Source of the DNA: Camelus dromedarius
Lineage: Eukaryota
Length of the DNA stretch: 64,000 nucleotides
Reading direction: 5' to 3'
Assembly (NCBI RefSeq): GCF_036321535.1
Contig: NC_087436.1
Coordinates: forward strand, 80,416,001 to 80,480,000
The position numbers and the translations under genes are program-made. Below the pieces are notes generated by a model, which searched no databases, was not told the DNA's origin, and saw nothing but the letters and a program-made list of their open reading frames with translations. Shown one piece after another: positions 1 through 14,209 of the stretch (positions are counted from its first letter, which is position 1; every line of letters starts with the position of its first letter).

Positions 1-665
1 GCAGATATCATTGTTACACTACTTTTCAAATATGCATCATAAAAAAAAAACTAGATGTATACTCCATTAAACCTCTATGGTAAATCCACTTACAAATCAA
101 ATATTAAAAGATGATGGCTTAATTATAAAAGGATTCTTACTTTGATTAAAAATTTGTAATAGCAGATAACAAGTGATCAGAAATACTTGTTAATAAAATC
201 ACCAGTGGTTCTACTGAATACATTCATGAGTTTGTCATGTTCTTAAGAATACGATAAAGGAAACAGAAAAACTAAAGAACTTTTGATTTAATGCTCTAGA
301 TGAATGAAAGTAACTCAGAAAGGAAATGGGTATGAACCAAAACCAAACATAATTTGGTTTGCAAAAATTTAACCTACATATAACTTCTGAAAAATGTTTA
401 ATTACTTGGAGCTATTATAAAAAATATGACCTAAAGACAGCTTGCTTCAGATTTAAAAAAAGGACCAGTTTAGATCATTTTCAGAAATAGTATCTTCTGA
501 TTTCATTCCTTTATTTTAGACCCATTTCCAGCAAAAGAACATACATTTATTTGGTTTTGTCTATTATGTCTGAAACACCTTGGAATTATGGGCGTTTCCT
601 GGTTTCTCTGGAATGCGGGCAACTGAGGTGCGTATGTTATGTCCATCTTCTGCACGTTCTGTTAC

Positions 666-824
666 CTGTTTGAGAGTGAGCGTCTTAGCCTTTTCCTTCG
701 AGGTGCCCATCTCCCACACACACACAACTGTGCTTGTTCCGCCCGTGATGACCAGCTTGGGGTTGGGGCAGATTGCACAGAGAATCTGGCCCCACTCAGA
801 CAAACATTCATAAACAGTCACTGC
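666..824 (-). CDS. WDFY3: WDFY3 exon, WD40 region (AVTVYECLSEWGQILC...KTLTLKQ)
   Basis: 159 nt, phase 0/0, cag acceptor, gtaac donor. Confidence 0.95.
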
Positions 825-1754
825 CTGTAAGACAGAACAGATGTGAGACACACATGCCATCACCAAGCACTACAAGCTTCTGAAACACAGCGAGCATACT
901 GAGTGGAGGAGAACCTCTATGTAGGTCCCTCACAGGCACATGTATGTGCTGGGCTGGCTTCAACTTAGCTACAGGCCCACCGAAGCTCTACTCTGAACTA
1001 TTTATTCCCTACAGCCTCCTAACTACAGTTTCTGTTAAAAATATAAAAAAAAGGATTTTGCTCATAATGGGGGTCTCCAGTTTCTCCGGTCCTGGAAAAT
1101 GATGTTCAGAGTGTGTGATGCTATGTCAGATGCAGGGGGTAATCTGGTAACAGGGTGTGTTTGTCGTAGCCAGTCAGAATGTGACAGGAAAGCACGAGGG
1201 CAGCTGATCAGTGAGAACGTGACTGAATAGAAGTGTGTTACACACTCGCACAGACCAGGCCCCTGGTGCGCTCAGGAGGGGACGTCAGAGGGCAAGCCCT
1301 GGGCACCAGAGGATCACTACATACTGCCTCTGCAAGAGATACTGATGGGGCTCAGAAAGGTAGCTGCTGCTTCTTGGGGGAAGGGGTGACAGGTTTGCTG
1401 ACAGCCACTTGAGAGCACTGAAATGGCAAGCGGGCCAGATGATGACTCAAACGGAGGCTCCTCCCGTTGGCAGAAATGCTGACTACCTGGCTGGTAGCCC
1501 TCTTGGAGGGCTTCTCTGAACAGGAGGGAAACTGCTAGCCCCTCACACACAACTTTTCAAGAGAGGCTTTTCTGCAGGAAACATGACTTGTCCACTACCT
1601 TATCCTGACGCGACGCAGTGAAGCTCTCCCTCCCTCTGGGCTGTGGAGGAACAGCTGAGAAGCCCTTTGCTTAAGCTCTCCCCATCCCCATTAAGCAGGA
1701 AATCCAGACCAAGGAGGGGCAAGATTAAATGAGTGAGCAAGAAAGAATGCAAAC

Positions 1755-1909
1755 CTTGTCTGACTCATAGGTTCCCAGCCTGCAGCTGAGGTCTGCGTAG
1801 CCCCAAGCGAAAGTTTTGTTCCAGGTTGGTGGGATAAGGACCTTATTCTGTTCTACTGCAAGGATGCCTTTATCTGTACACACTATTTGTCCCACAGGCT
1901 CTTTGAGTT
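1755..1909 (-). CDS. WDFY3: WDFY3 exon (ELKEPVGQIVCTDKG...GTYESDK)
   Basis: 155 nt, phase 1/0, tag acceptor, gtttgc donor. Confidence 0.95.
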
Positions 1910-2978
1910 CTATAAAAGACAAATCAACACATTAGAACAGTAACAGGGAAAACTAACTTCATCATCCCATAGGGGATGGTAAAGGGATCCCAAATATACA
2001 AATCAAGCACCCTGACACCTACATTAAGACAAAATGACCTTAGATTGTGGGCTTAGCTTTTGAGTTCTCCTCAGACCTGCTGGGCAGATGTCCACTCTGA
2101 CCAGTGATTCGCTGGGCTTCCCTCCAGCCTTCCTGTCTCTGGACACTTGCTTGGGTTGGGCCCCTAGTACCCAGTCCTGCCTTCTTGACCCCTGGAGCTG
2201 TGCAGAGTGATCTGGGATGCTCCCCAGAATGCTGCACAGACTTGCAACCAATCCAGGTCTTCAGCACCTCCCAGGCCTAGACGTCCCACAGAGAGGCCAC
2301 GATGCTCCCCGAGAAGCCGCACTCTGCCCCAACCTCAGCCGAGCACACCAGTGCTCCAAAACCCTCCCCAGGCAGTGGCTGGAGCTTGCACAGGGCAGAG
2401 TCTTTGTAATGAGGCAAATGACAAAGAGCTGGTAGCCAATCCAATTCACCAGACTTTGTTGCTCCAATTTTTGGATTTAAGTGACAACTTCAAGGCATTA
2501 CAAAGCATTTTTTCATTCTAAGGAAAAAAAATCTATTTGGAAAAGTAATTTTAGATAACATACAATAACATTAGTTGAAAGATAGAGGCTTTTAGTTGGC
2601 ATATTAAAAATGCTGTCCTCTTACTACTATTCCTAAGTTAGTAGAACGTGTGTAAATGAAGATGACAGAAGTTTTTCCACATGTGGAATATAAAGTTGAG
2701 CTGCAAGATTTGGTCTATTAGAGTCTTCACTATCTTAGCAGAGAGGAGAGACCTGTTTAGGTTTTTTAGATGCAAAATCCAACAGGCGAAAAAAAGAAGA
2801 CAGAAAAGGGAAAGGAGAAAATTCAGCAAGTATTTGGTGATTTAGCACTTAGTACAAATCACACTGTTGCTGAAGAGCAAATTTGCTATTGCTAAACTAG
2901 GATTATTAAATAACCCCACAGAATCATGAATCAAACGCTTATTTAAAAGAAAAAAAAGCTTATTTCCTGCGATTTTAC

Positions 2979-3126
2979 CTTTTACAGGGGTTAGAGAAGG
3001 TCTCAGGTTGTCTAGATGATGAAAAAAGATCTTGTCACTGGTGGATCCTGGTGGGACTGAGAGTCCTGCACTGTCTCCGTTGAGTCGGCTCCTCACTCGC
3101 TTTGGTGGATGAGGTTTCTTAAATAA
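2979..3126 (-). CDS. WDFY3: WDFY3 exon, end of BEACH and linker (LFKKPHPPKRVRSR...LTPVK)
   Basis: 148 nt, phase 0/1, cag acceptor, gtaaaa donor. Confidence 0.95.
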
Positions 3127-5411
3127 CTGGGGTGAGAGGAGGTGACATATTTTATAACAAAGGCTAACATTTAGTAGGCCCTTTTGTATGGCAGGTATTA
3201 TGCTGTTATTTCACTTAAGCTTCACAACAACCATTAGGTATTATATTACCACAGTTAACATCTGAGGAAGAGAAATTTCAAGAGGCTCAGAAGGTTGCCA
3301 CAATCTCACACCTTGGTAAGTGGGGACAGGACTATGATACTAAAGCCTGGGTTACCACCATGCTCTGTGCTACACTGATTTCATGATAATTTTTCAAAAG
3401 TTAATTAATCTACTCAAACTGCAATTGATTGACAACTATTTTCTAGGGATGTTTAAAATTAACCAATTCTTTATAGCCTGATACCACTCTGTGCTCCCGG
3501 GGGCAGGGGCCATTCCCTCTAACTGGGTTACTTCTGGCTCTAATGGGGCCCTTCTCTATGTGACATCATTTCTGTATCTTTTAGGCGCTACACATAGTGT
3601 GAACATTGTTGCCTTCTTTATACTTAGTGATGTTGTAGAGGGAAAAAGAAAAAGAGTATCTTTGGCATTTCCGTTCAGTGTTTCAATGTGTTTAAGATGA
3701 TTTTTCAAATATTGTTGATCTTCAAAATAGGCAGTCATTTCTGTTGGAAAACTGGTGTTTGAGGAAGATAGCTGGAAAACCTTATACAAAATGAGATTTA
3801 AGATGACTACACCACCACCACACTTTGTGAATTTGACCTTCTGGATTCCCAGAAGGAAAAAATAGAAAAAATGCCTTGTATAGAGGAAGATATACATTTT
3901 AGGCCCTGAAACCTTTAAACATACAATTCTCATTTTATCTACGTACAGGGCATAGTGTCAGGATTCTGTTATTTCCTATAAATGTTAATAATGAGACAAG
4001 ATTCTGAAGTTATATAAAAAGATCCACATACTTTAAAGCATGTTCATGAACATTTACTGAAGAACTTTATATTAAGACCCAAGGGCAGGGCAGGCTAGTG
4101 TTTATAAAGATGTATCAGTATGGTGACCACAGAGCTTAGATGATTCTAGGATGGTTATACTTGGACGTACTCTCTGTTAGTCCCTGGAATGTCCTAGAAA
4201 TACATTATATCCAAACTCTGTCTCCTAGACTGTCTGCCTCTTAAACTCAAAAGTGGAGCAAAAATCCTGCCGCGGTGCATGTGTTGTGGTCAGAAGATTC
4301 GTTTCCACGAGGGTATGAAACATGGTTCCTGCACTTGTAACCCTCAAGAAAGCGAAAGGTTTAACCAAGGTTCTTCAGCTATCAGCTATGATTGGAGTTT
4401 GTCAACAAGCATTTCACTTTAAAAGTGAACATGGTTCCTGCACTGGGAGTCAGAATGCACTGTGAGCGGTGCAGTTTCGGGCTGTCCCGCTTTTCCACAA
4501 GGACTTGCCATTGTTCTGTGTTCCCAACTGTCAACTCTGGAACCTCAAAGTTGGCTAACCTACAAAAAGGGAGTCCAGGGGAGATGTCTGATACAGTAAC
4601 AGAGAAGGATAGTTGGGGCCAAAATGCAGAAGCAGGGCACTTGGGAGAAAGATGGTGGTATGAATGGCTGGAATGGCATGCCTTCTGCAGTGTCCTGCAG
4701 TTTCTTCTGGTGCAGCCCACCCTACTGGTGGGGCCCTGGACAGTGGGCATGAAGGAAGGGATGAGGTTCCTTAACAGAGGTTTGCTCATTGCTGCAGGTG
4801 AGAGATCTACAGCACCTGGGTGCTGAGAGGCTGAGCTCTGGGTCCTCCTCTCCAGGTTCCAGATGGTGGCTGGAGCAGCCAGTGCAGGGCCGGTCCTAGG
4901 CGTTCCAATGGAATGCACTCTCACACCAAAGCACTGATCAGACCTGCACCCATAATCTAATCCAAACCACCACTATCTGTTCCCTGAACCACTATGACAG
5001 CTTCCTGCTCCTCAGTTGGCAGCTCTCCTATAGGACATGCATGTGTGACACTGTGGCCAGAATGATCTTTAATGTCTAACTATGACTCTGTATGACAACG
5101 CTTAAAGTCAGCATTGGTTTCCTACTGGCCTTGGCAGGAAAACCATCTTGGTGTGCACTGCTGGCCCCCATGGCTCTGTGTGCTTCCCTGACCGAGCTCT
5201 TCCTGTCCTCCGGCCATGTCTTGTGCAGGTATTGGAAAGCATGCCCTGCACTAGTCCGCGAGGGAAAATCCTCTTTGACCAACAAAATTTCTATTTATCT
5301 GGACTGTAAAAGGGAGGAGAAAGTAATAACCTGGGAACCTACTGAAAACTACTGAGTGATATTTATGGTTCTTAATTAGAAAGTTAGTCTAGACTTAATT
5401 ATTATTGGTCA

Positions 5412-5699
<288 letters not shown>

Positions 5700-5922
5700 T
5701 CATTTCAAAACACAGGTTCAGTCACTGGCTGACTTTTGTCACTTCTTTAGAAAGTAAAAGAATTGACCAGCAGTCAACAGGAACTAAACTAACTAAAAAT
5801 CATATAAACAGAACATTAGTAACTTAGACACACAGGTGTTACATGGCTCAAGGTCCTCTCTTTGCACAGTGGTCAGTGACCCAGTGACGTCTCAGTCCAA
5901 CTGCTAAGTGCACGTGCATTAC

Positions 5923-6014
5923 CTCACGGTGCACTCTGATGAATTCTCGCGGGTCCCCTTTCGCCCAGGGAGGAAGGATGACATCTCCAAGCTTGGTGCC
6001 ATTTTGTTTACAGC
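5923..6014 (-). CDS. WDFY3: WDFY3 exon, BEACH (CKQNGTKLGDVILPPWAKGDPREFIRVHRE)
   Basis: 92 nt, phase 1/0. Confidence 0.96.
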
Positions 6015-7829
6015 CTGTGTAATTGGATACATTAAAAAGAAAATGAAAGAATGAGACAAATCGTAACTTCACACTAAAGTAACAGAAACAGTGGGTTCGA
6101 TTCATTACTAGGACTACACAATTTTACCAGCAGAAAGCACCCTCAGAGATCACCTACTCCGATGTTTCCCTAAGCCCGCTCCTTGGAGTGCTCCCTTGGG
6201 GAGATTTACTAAATGTCAGCAAAACTGAGGGGCCCTCACAGTCAAATGACTCCAAGAAATGCTAAGTTATGTGCAGTTAGACAGGTTTCTTTCCTGCAAG
6301 ACTCCTCAGAGGCACTGCTCTTCTCCAGGAGGGATACGATACAACATTTCTGACATTTAATTGGCCACAGGACTTCTTCATGAAACATTTTATGGGGCTA
6401 CTGTTTGGAGTTTGTAAAAACTGCTCAAATCAATTCAGTCCTCTTAAGACTTAAGATTTCATATGGAAATCATCAACAATTTCTCTAAAATGTTCACTTA
6501 GGCTGTTCCAGAATGCTTAACGCTTGGTGAGCAGTTAACCAACAATGAATCTCTCGTCCGGCTGTTTGGACAGAAGTCTGCCATTCGCACGGAAGAGGCA
6601 AAATACCCAAATCCTCAGCCATTTTCAGTCTGAACGCAGTCTTGGCTTAAGAGTAAAGTAAAGTGCCACAATCTCCTAAAAACATCCGCAGTACATGCAG
6701 TTTCCTTGTTTACGATCCCTAAGTTCTCGCGAGAGCTCTGCAGAACCCACACGTAAGTCGCTGCAAGGATGCTCATTAAAAACACAGTCTGGAACTATAA
6801 CTTTTTGCTGTTGAATCATTTAACAGAAAAAACATTTGGAAAGACTAGGGGGCTACCTGGCATAAACAAAAACCTCAAGTTGATATAATTCATAAACAAG
6901 TTCTATTTATTGCACATAAAACTGCTATTTTAAGCCATAGCCAGATAATCTCTAAAATATTAAATAAATCATTTACTATGAAATCTATTGACAACAAAAC
7001 ACATTAAATGGGACTAGCATCTAAGGAAATGGATTTTTTTCTTCTTTTTTTGAAATAACATAAAAAACTTCAGCTTACAGAGTTTTCCTAGGTACAAATC
7101 AGATGATCATTGTAAAATATGACTTTATAAGTAATAATGTTGACTCACTAGCTTAACAGTGGTTGGTTAGATAAATAGCTGTATTTGAAATTTTCATAGA
7201 GAAGTATAATTGTTCAAATTTTAGAACACAAAGGCAGTTCCAAGTAGGGGCCAATAAAAACACTTCCCGAGAAGCAATCTTGTTTTCATCATTGTAATCT
7301 GATGGCTTATTTACAATGTGATATTAAGTGAGAGATAAAAAAAAATTACTTTACTGTTTAAAGGAATGTCTTGACTTGGTTGGAAAAATTACCATATAAT
7401 TAAAAAAATGAAACAATCAAGTTATTACAGCTCTTCCCCCTTCTTTCACATCCTTACTCTACCCACCTTGAAATGCCCTCTGGGCCCAATTTTTTGATAG
7501 TAAGAAGGAAGTAATAATCCCCAGGGTACCTGAGATACAATCTACTTTTCAAAAATTAGCTCATAATCCCTAAATACTGTGTGATGTAATTTTATTTCAT
7601 CAGCGCTATCTGCAATTTAAAAATGTCAATTAAAGGGAACAGTCTGTAGAAAACTCCTGGTCTGGTTCTGCTGCTGTGTAGTTAGTACTCCTCCGTCTAT
7701 ATCCAAGGGTGTAAAAAGAAGACCATTGGTGAATGTTACTCGTTCCAGAGTCAGGGGAAAAAACCTAAGTGCTCTTTCTTCTATATCATTTACTATCTTT
7801 TCTAGGTGGAGAGACAGTGTTTTGTTTGG

Positions 7830-8950
7830 TTTTCTTCATACTGAGGTAAAATTCATGCAACATAAAATTAACCATTTTAAAGTGAACAAATTCCATGGCA
7901 TTTCAGTGCACAATATTGTCCATCCAGTCCTAAGATTTTTTCATTACAACCAAAAGAAATCTGAAGCCAATTAAGCAGCTGCTCCCCATTCTTTCAACCC
8001 CCTGAAACCAGTGATCCCTGGTAACCACCAATGTAAGTTCTGTCTCTAAGGACTGACCCATTCTGGACAGACCATGCAAATGGAACCATGTATTATGTCA
8101 CCTTTTATGTCTGGCTTCTTTCACTTACTGTAGTGTTTTTGACATTCATTCACACTGTTGTGTTTATCACTGCTTCATATCTTTTTGTGGCTGAATAATA
8201 TTCCATTATATGTATATTCCACAATTTGTTTATCCACTGATAGATATGTGGGCTGTTTCTACCACCTGGCTATCGTGAATGCTGCTGCTAAGAATGTGTA
8301 CAAGTCTTTGTTTAGTTCCTATTTTTAGTTCTTTTGGACAATTACTGGAGTAGAATTAATTGGTCACATGGCAATTCAATGTTTCACTTTTTGAGGAACC
8401 ACCAAACTGCTTCTCATAGTGCTGAACCACTTTGCATTCCGACCAGCAACATGTGAAGGTTCTACTCTCTCCACATCCTTACCAGCCCTTGTCATTTTCC
8501 ATTTGTGTGGGGTGTTTTTTCATTATAGCCATTCTAGTGGATGTGAAGTGGCACCTCACTGTGGTTTTGATTTGCATTTCCCTAAGGACTAATGATGTTA
8601 AGCATCTTTTCATATGCTTATTGGCCATTTATTGGCCTCTTTGGAGAAATGTCTGTTAAGGTCCTTTTCCCCTTTAATTGGGTTGCTTATCTTACTGCTG
8701 TCGAGTTGTAGAGTTATTTATATTCTGAATACTAGATCCTCATAAGATATATCATTGGCAAATACTTTCTTTGATTTGTAGGTTTTCTTTTCAGTTTCTT
8801 TATAACACTCTTGGATGCAGAAGTTTTAAATTCTGATAAAGTCCAATTTATCTTTTTTTTTTTTGTTCCTTTTTCTTGTACTCTTGAAGGTCATGAAGAT
8901 TTACCTCTATGTTTTCTTTTAAGAGTTTTATAGCTTTTGCTCTTATATGC
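7830..8950 (-). mobile_element. Ancient L1 (L1M-type) 3' fragment
   Basis: Reverse-oriented L1 3' motifs (ggctgaataatattccatt, ttgaggaaccaccaaactg, gtggttttgatttgcatttccctaa); boundaries approximate. Confidence 0.85.
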
Positions 8951-10315
8951 AAAATAGTAGTTTTTAAAGTGTGTGATTTCAAGGGGAAAGATGATTTGTT
9001 ATGAAGGTGAGCATGACAAAGACATAGGACCTTTCTCTAATCTACTTATTTAAAATTACATTATTTGGTTGGGTTCATAAGTAGTCTGGCTAGAACATTC
9101 CTGCAACATAGATTATTGTAATGGATTGAGTATTTCTGGAATATTAGGGGTATGTCTTTCTGCATCTCTCTGCATTTGTCTCTTTGAAAGTGGTATCCCC
9201 AGGAAGACAGTAGCATTCTCCAAAGGTGAATAATATATATAATATATAATAATATATATATAATAATATAAGTGAACATAATGAAACACTGATGTGTACC
9301 ACATTCAAATGTTTTGTACATGTTTCATGGTTTTCCCGGTTCAGCATCTACTCTATTCCTTTGAGGAACTGCCACTCTCTCCAACTCAACGTCCTAAACT
9401 TGGGGTCTTCAGCTACTCAAGAGTGAGCTCCCAGCCCAATCAGAGGTAATGACTCAGTTTCAGGACTTGTGCTGGGGCTTAGGAGGGAGTCTCATTTACT
9501 TTCCCCTTTGGACCTGGAGCTATAATTTCAGAAGGTTTGAGCTGCCTGATGGACAATTAAATAAAAATTCTATTAAAAAGAAAAATCATTCAAATGTATT
9601 AGATATGAATATTCTCTGAATTTTCTGTTAACAACTTTTATGAGGTAGTACAGTAATAGCTTATATATTAAACTCTTTAATACAGTAAGATACAGGGCAT
9701 GAAAAAAGTATGAAAACAGAATAATATCTGGCACAAATATTTTAAAATGAAACAATGGAATTCTGATATGTTGTTAAATAAATATTCAGAAACATAGGTC
9801 AGCAAACTGTGTTCCAAGAAACTGTAGCCAAAAAGTCAAATCTACTTCCTGTAACTGCTGGATAATATCAAGAGAGTGGAGTCCTGAGGAAATTTTTCTC
9901 CTTTTTATAAATGTTGATTTGGTTCTGTTTTTCTAGAAAATAGTACCCTAACAGGATGAAGAATAGGGATTTACTTAAAAGTTATTCTGCAATTCTAATT
10001 TTAAAACCTGCGAGCGTGTAAACTGAGAATGGCTCAGGCAATACCAAAGACGTGAATTATACATGAACAATCTGGATACGCCACTCTTGGCTATTAGTTT
10101 CAATCACATTAATTTTCAAGTAAAACTTCACCTCACCTTTGTTTTCAATGAAATAATGATATTCTGACCATTAGATGTAATCCGTGCCAAATTTAAAAAT
10201 TTCCCCAAGACCCTACGTTTAAATCAGCTATTTTGGGGCATAAATCTGTTTTTCTTTGATATATTTACTCTCATACACCCTGTTGTAATTAATAGCAGCT
10301 GAAACCACAAGGAAA

Positions 10316-10942
10316 TAGAAACTGAGCAGGAACCTGCAGGGTCTTCCCAAGGACGAGTCCCAGTCCCCCAACCCCATCCTATGTCCCCTGCCTCTTGTTT
10401 GCAAAAACACTTTAGCCTCTGAGGACTTTCCTGAGTTCTAAAGAGCAAATTTAATCAGAGAACTGAGAAAATGCAGAAACAAAGGAAAACAGTTAAGCAA
10501 GGCAAAATAATAATAGTTTAACCAGAAAACAAAGTCAAGGACCTTTAGTTCCTCCTCAAGGGCTATAGATAATACCTTAAGCCATACCCTTGAGTTGTTC
10601 TGCAGATACTAAAACCCCCACCAGGTGGAAGAAGTTAACTTACATGACAACCACCAGTATGTAGACCCCAGACCAGTTGGAACCAGAAGACTGATGACTG
10701 AGGTTCCTATTACCTCACCACCAACCAATCTCAGAGTTGTGCACAAGCCTATGACACTCCCCGTGACCCTATCCCTCACAATGACTCCCTTCCTTGAAAG
10801 CCATTACTGGGGAGTTGGAGTCTTTTGAGTATGAGCTGCCCGTTTTCCTTGCTTGGCCCTGCAATAAACACACAATGTAGTTTCCTTCACCACAACCCAG
10901 TGTCAGGAGATTGGCTTTGCCACGGATCCAAGTTTAGTAACA
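10316..10942 (+). mobile_element. Solo ERV1-type LTR (cetartiodactyl-like), about 630 bp
   Basis: Starts near gaaactgagcagga, AATAAA at 10863-10868, ends ...tagtaaca; resembles recalled ungulate ERV1 LTRs; no internal ERV sequence. Confidence 0.7.
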
Positions 10943-11024
10943 ACCTGAGTGTGTACTGCAGACAATCATCAGAAAGTGACTTGGTGTTTTCCTGGCTAAC
11001 ACTCCTAAGAGTGCCGTAGCACTA

Positions 11025-11213
<189 letters not shown>

Positions 11214-11819
11214 TTAGAGAACTGCTCCCACCTCGGGGCATCCAAGCTCAAGGACTTGAAAACCCCAACTAAGTATGTTTGGTGACAATTCAATTTCCCA
11301 TCAACCTATGTCAAATACACAAAATTTTAAATAATCACAAAAAGAAATTAACTATTTGGGGGGGCACTGCTTACAAAGGTGCCCTTGCTTTGTATCCAGG
11401 TGAAATCCAAATACAGACTTAAAAAAGTCATTAAAAAAAAAAAGATTAGTTTTTGGAGAAAGAGCAGGACTATAAGGAAACAGGAATTCTTTCATTGTTT
11501 GATGATGCTCTTCTAAAAAAAGTTTCTCCAGTAGCCATCTACAGCTGGAAATACTCCGGTTATACATGTGCTTGACTAATTTTATAAGTTAACATGTTAT
11601 TCAAGTTCTCATACCAATGAGAATTAAGTGGAGAACCAGGAAGGTGATCAAGAAAATCACAGACTGACAAAACGAATTCAAATAGAAAAGGGCTTTCTTT
11701 TGTTTATAGAGCCTCACAGATACATCCTCCCCTCTTCCTCAAACTCCCTGTGCTGTGTCTACGTGAACACAGCGTATCTGTCTTCAGGATAAAGTTCACT
11801 GTGTGAAAAGTGCTGACGT

Positions 11820-12720
11820 CCACCAAGGCCTGCCACAATTTGACCCGTTACCTCTCTTGACCTCATCCCCTCTCACTTTCCCCTGCGGTTACTCTGCTCC
11901 AGACATACTGGCTTCCTCGCTGTTTCCCAAACATCTCCGGCACATGCCTGACTGAGGGCCCCCAATGGGCTGTTCTCTCTGCCTGGAACACACTTTTTCC
12001 AGATGTCCGTAGGAGTAACTCCCTCACCTCCTTCAAGTTTCTGTTCACATGTTACCTTTCAAGGAGACCTACTCTGACTACTCTATCTAAAACTGCATTG
12101 GGGGGAGGGTACAGCTCAAGTGCTAGAGCACATGCTTAGCATGCACGAGGTCCTGGGTTCAAATCCCAGTGCCTCCTCTAAAAATAAGTAAACCTAATTA
12201 CCACCCCCCAATTTAAACACACAAACAAATAAAGAAACAAACAAATCTAATTACCTCCCCCCACCAAAAATTAACAAGTTCATAAGTTTATAATATACAG
12301 CACAGGGAACTATATTCAGTATCTCATGTATTCAATATCTTGAAAAAGAATATGAAAATGAATATATGTATGTTCATATATGACTGAAATACTATGTTGT
12401 ACACCAGAAATGGACACACTGTAAACTGACTATACTTCAATAAAAATATACATACAGAAAAAGACCCCCCAAAACAAAAAACTGCATAATGTCCTCCTCC
12501 ACCCCCCCATCCCCATACATCCCATCCTCTTCCCCTTATCTGTGTTTGTCACATTCTAAAATACTTTGCAATATACTTAGAATGTTTGTCTCTCTCAACT
12601 AAAATATGTAAATTCCACAAAGCAGGGCTTTTGTCTTTATTCACTGATGTCCTTCAAGCACCTAGAATGGTACATGGCACGCAGTAGGTACTCAATAAAT
12701 ATCTGCTGAATAAATGAAAG
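11820..12720 (+). mobile_element. L2 (L2a-like) 3' end, interrupted by a SINE-L1 composite at 12099-12476
   Basis: L2 motifs on both sides of the insertion; terminal gtaggtactcaataaatatctgctgaataaatgaa. Confidence 0.85.
12099..12476 (+). mobile_element. tRNA-derived camelid-type SINE joined to an L1 3' end
   Basis: A box (acagctcaagtg), B box (gggttcaaatccc), cctaattacc tail, then L1-like cagcacagggaactatattc...gactatacttcaataaaa; TSD aaaactgcat. Confidence 0.8.
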
Positions 12721-13067
12721 AGAAAGTGGAGAAAAGCAATAAAGACAGCAACTGAGCTGGACTGTATTTATCTTTTTAAAGTGTTTGTTGAATTCAACCA
12801 GTTACAGCTGAATTCCATCTACCTCCTGGCCTGAAAACACGTACTGTCTACTTATTTGATTGAAAAGACCCTGGCACTTGTTTATGTAAACAAATTCTAG
12901 TTTATTTATTAATTTTGGACGAGTGAAATTCCAGTTTAACTATGTGTGACTACTTTTATGACTAGAACTTCATGAGGCTTCTTATCAGGCAAGATAACAA
13001 CATTTAAAATAAAAGCAACAGTTTTAATAGAAGGCTTGAATAAAATGCAGAACCTCTAAACTTTTAC

Positions 13068-13174
13068 CTGTAGCCTTAGGAATATCTGCGTGAAGGGCTC
13101 CATCCTTACTAGGTATGAAGCCACAATCATTGCAGATGAATAGTGGGTCCCATAGTGGTAGGCTGGAGTTTCTC
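13068..13174 (-). CDS. WDFY3: WDFY3 exon, BEACH ([35 protein letters not shown])
   Basis: 107 nt, phase 1/0, translated by hand. Confidence 0.96.
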
Positions 13175-14091
13175 CTGGACAAAAAATAAAGTATAATTGA
13201 AAATGAAAGGGTAAACATGAAAAATAAAATTGGTATTCATTAACAGACTTGAAAACGCTACTACTGTATGTGACAACTGTGACACCAAGTGCAAGTTAGT
13301 GTCAGCATTTGCAGCATAAAAATTTTATCCTGACACTGCAACCCCACACATATATTGGGCGGTTATCCAATTTAGTGTAATTCTGTGCCTTTCTCTCAAA
13401 CTGAGCACATCTAGCAATTTATGTTTTGAGGCCTACTGGAATAGATAACCCTTAGTAGCAAACAATCTTCGACTAAGGCAGGATATTTACATATAGCAAC
13501 TTGTCATTAGGTTCTGGTTTTGCATTGCTAAATATTTCTCTAAATCTATTAATGTCATGCAATTTTTGACATACTTTCCTTGGCAAGGAAAAATAAAGAT
13601 TCCACGCACTTAGTTTTTTTCTCCTTTGTTTGTTTTGCCTGTTTGAAGGGGACACATGATAAACATTAAACACAATAAATCCTAAGTAGGAAACTAGTAT
13701 TTTAGAAGGTAGTCAATTATTATTTTTTAATGCAAAAGGGTTATAAAAAGTGTCTCAATAAAACTGAGAGTCAGTAAAGGGAAGTGTGGTTCCCAGCTTA
13801 AAAACGATTAGAGATACAATGATGGGAAATTTCTGCCCTACACCGAGCACACACACATAGTTTTCTGTCAATACCTGACAAGATGATACCTTAAAAATGC
13901 CTTCTAAGCATGGCCATCAGTCGGCAAGCAAAACCTGATTTTTCTACTCTGACAGTTGTGTATATGCGTGCATATGTAACATATACCGATGATAGATAAG
14001 CAATTCAGGCAAAGACACAAGGGCGTCAGACCACTGATAACAGCTTACTTTCGAAACGTGTACAAAATCCCATGACAAGAAAATTACTCAC

Positions 14092-14209
14092 CATTAGGAT
14101 CTTCCCAGTCTTTGTATCGCTTCTTATACTGAGCTAATCGTTCATCTGTCTGTGCTCCCATCGGCTTAGCCAGGTTTCTAAATGTCTTGGGATTAGTAAG
14201 ATCTACCTC
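14092..14209 (-). CDS. WDFY3: WDFY3 exon, BEACH (EVDLTNPKTFRNLAKPMGAQ...DWEDPN)
   Basis: 118 nt, phase 0/1, gtgagt donor. Confidence 0.96.

Noticed and set aside
4382..4924. Longest non-exonic ORFs (180 aa on -, overlapping 144 aa on +)
   Set aside because: No recognisable domain and not needed for the WDFY3 frame; consistent with chance ORFs in a locally GC-richer intron segment.
12100..12175. tRNA-like sequences here and near 26490, 45090, 61240 and 62300
   Set aside because: They are SINE heads, followed by the family tail and in several cases flanked by TSDs, not tRNA genes.
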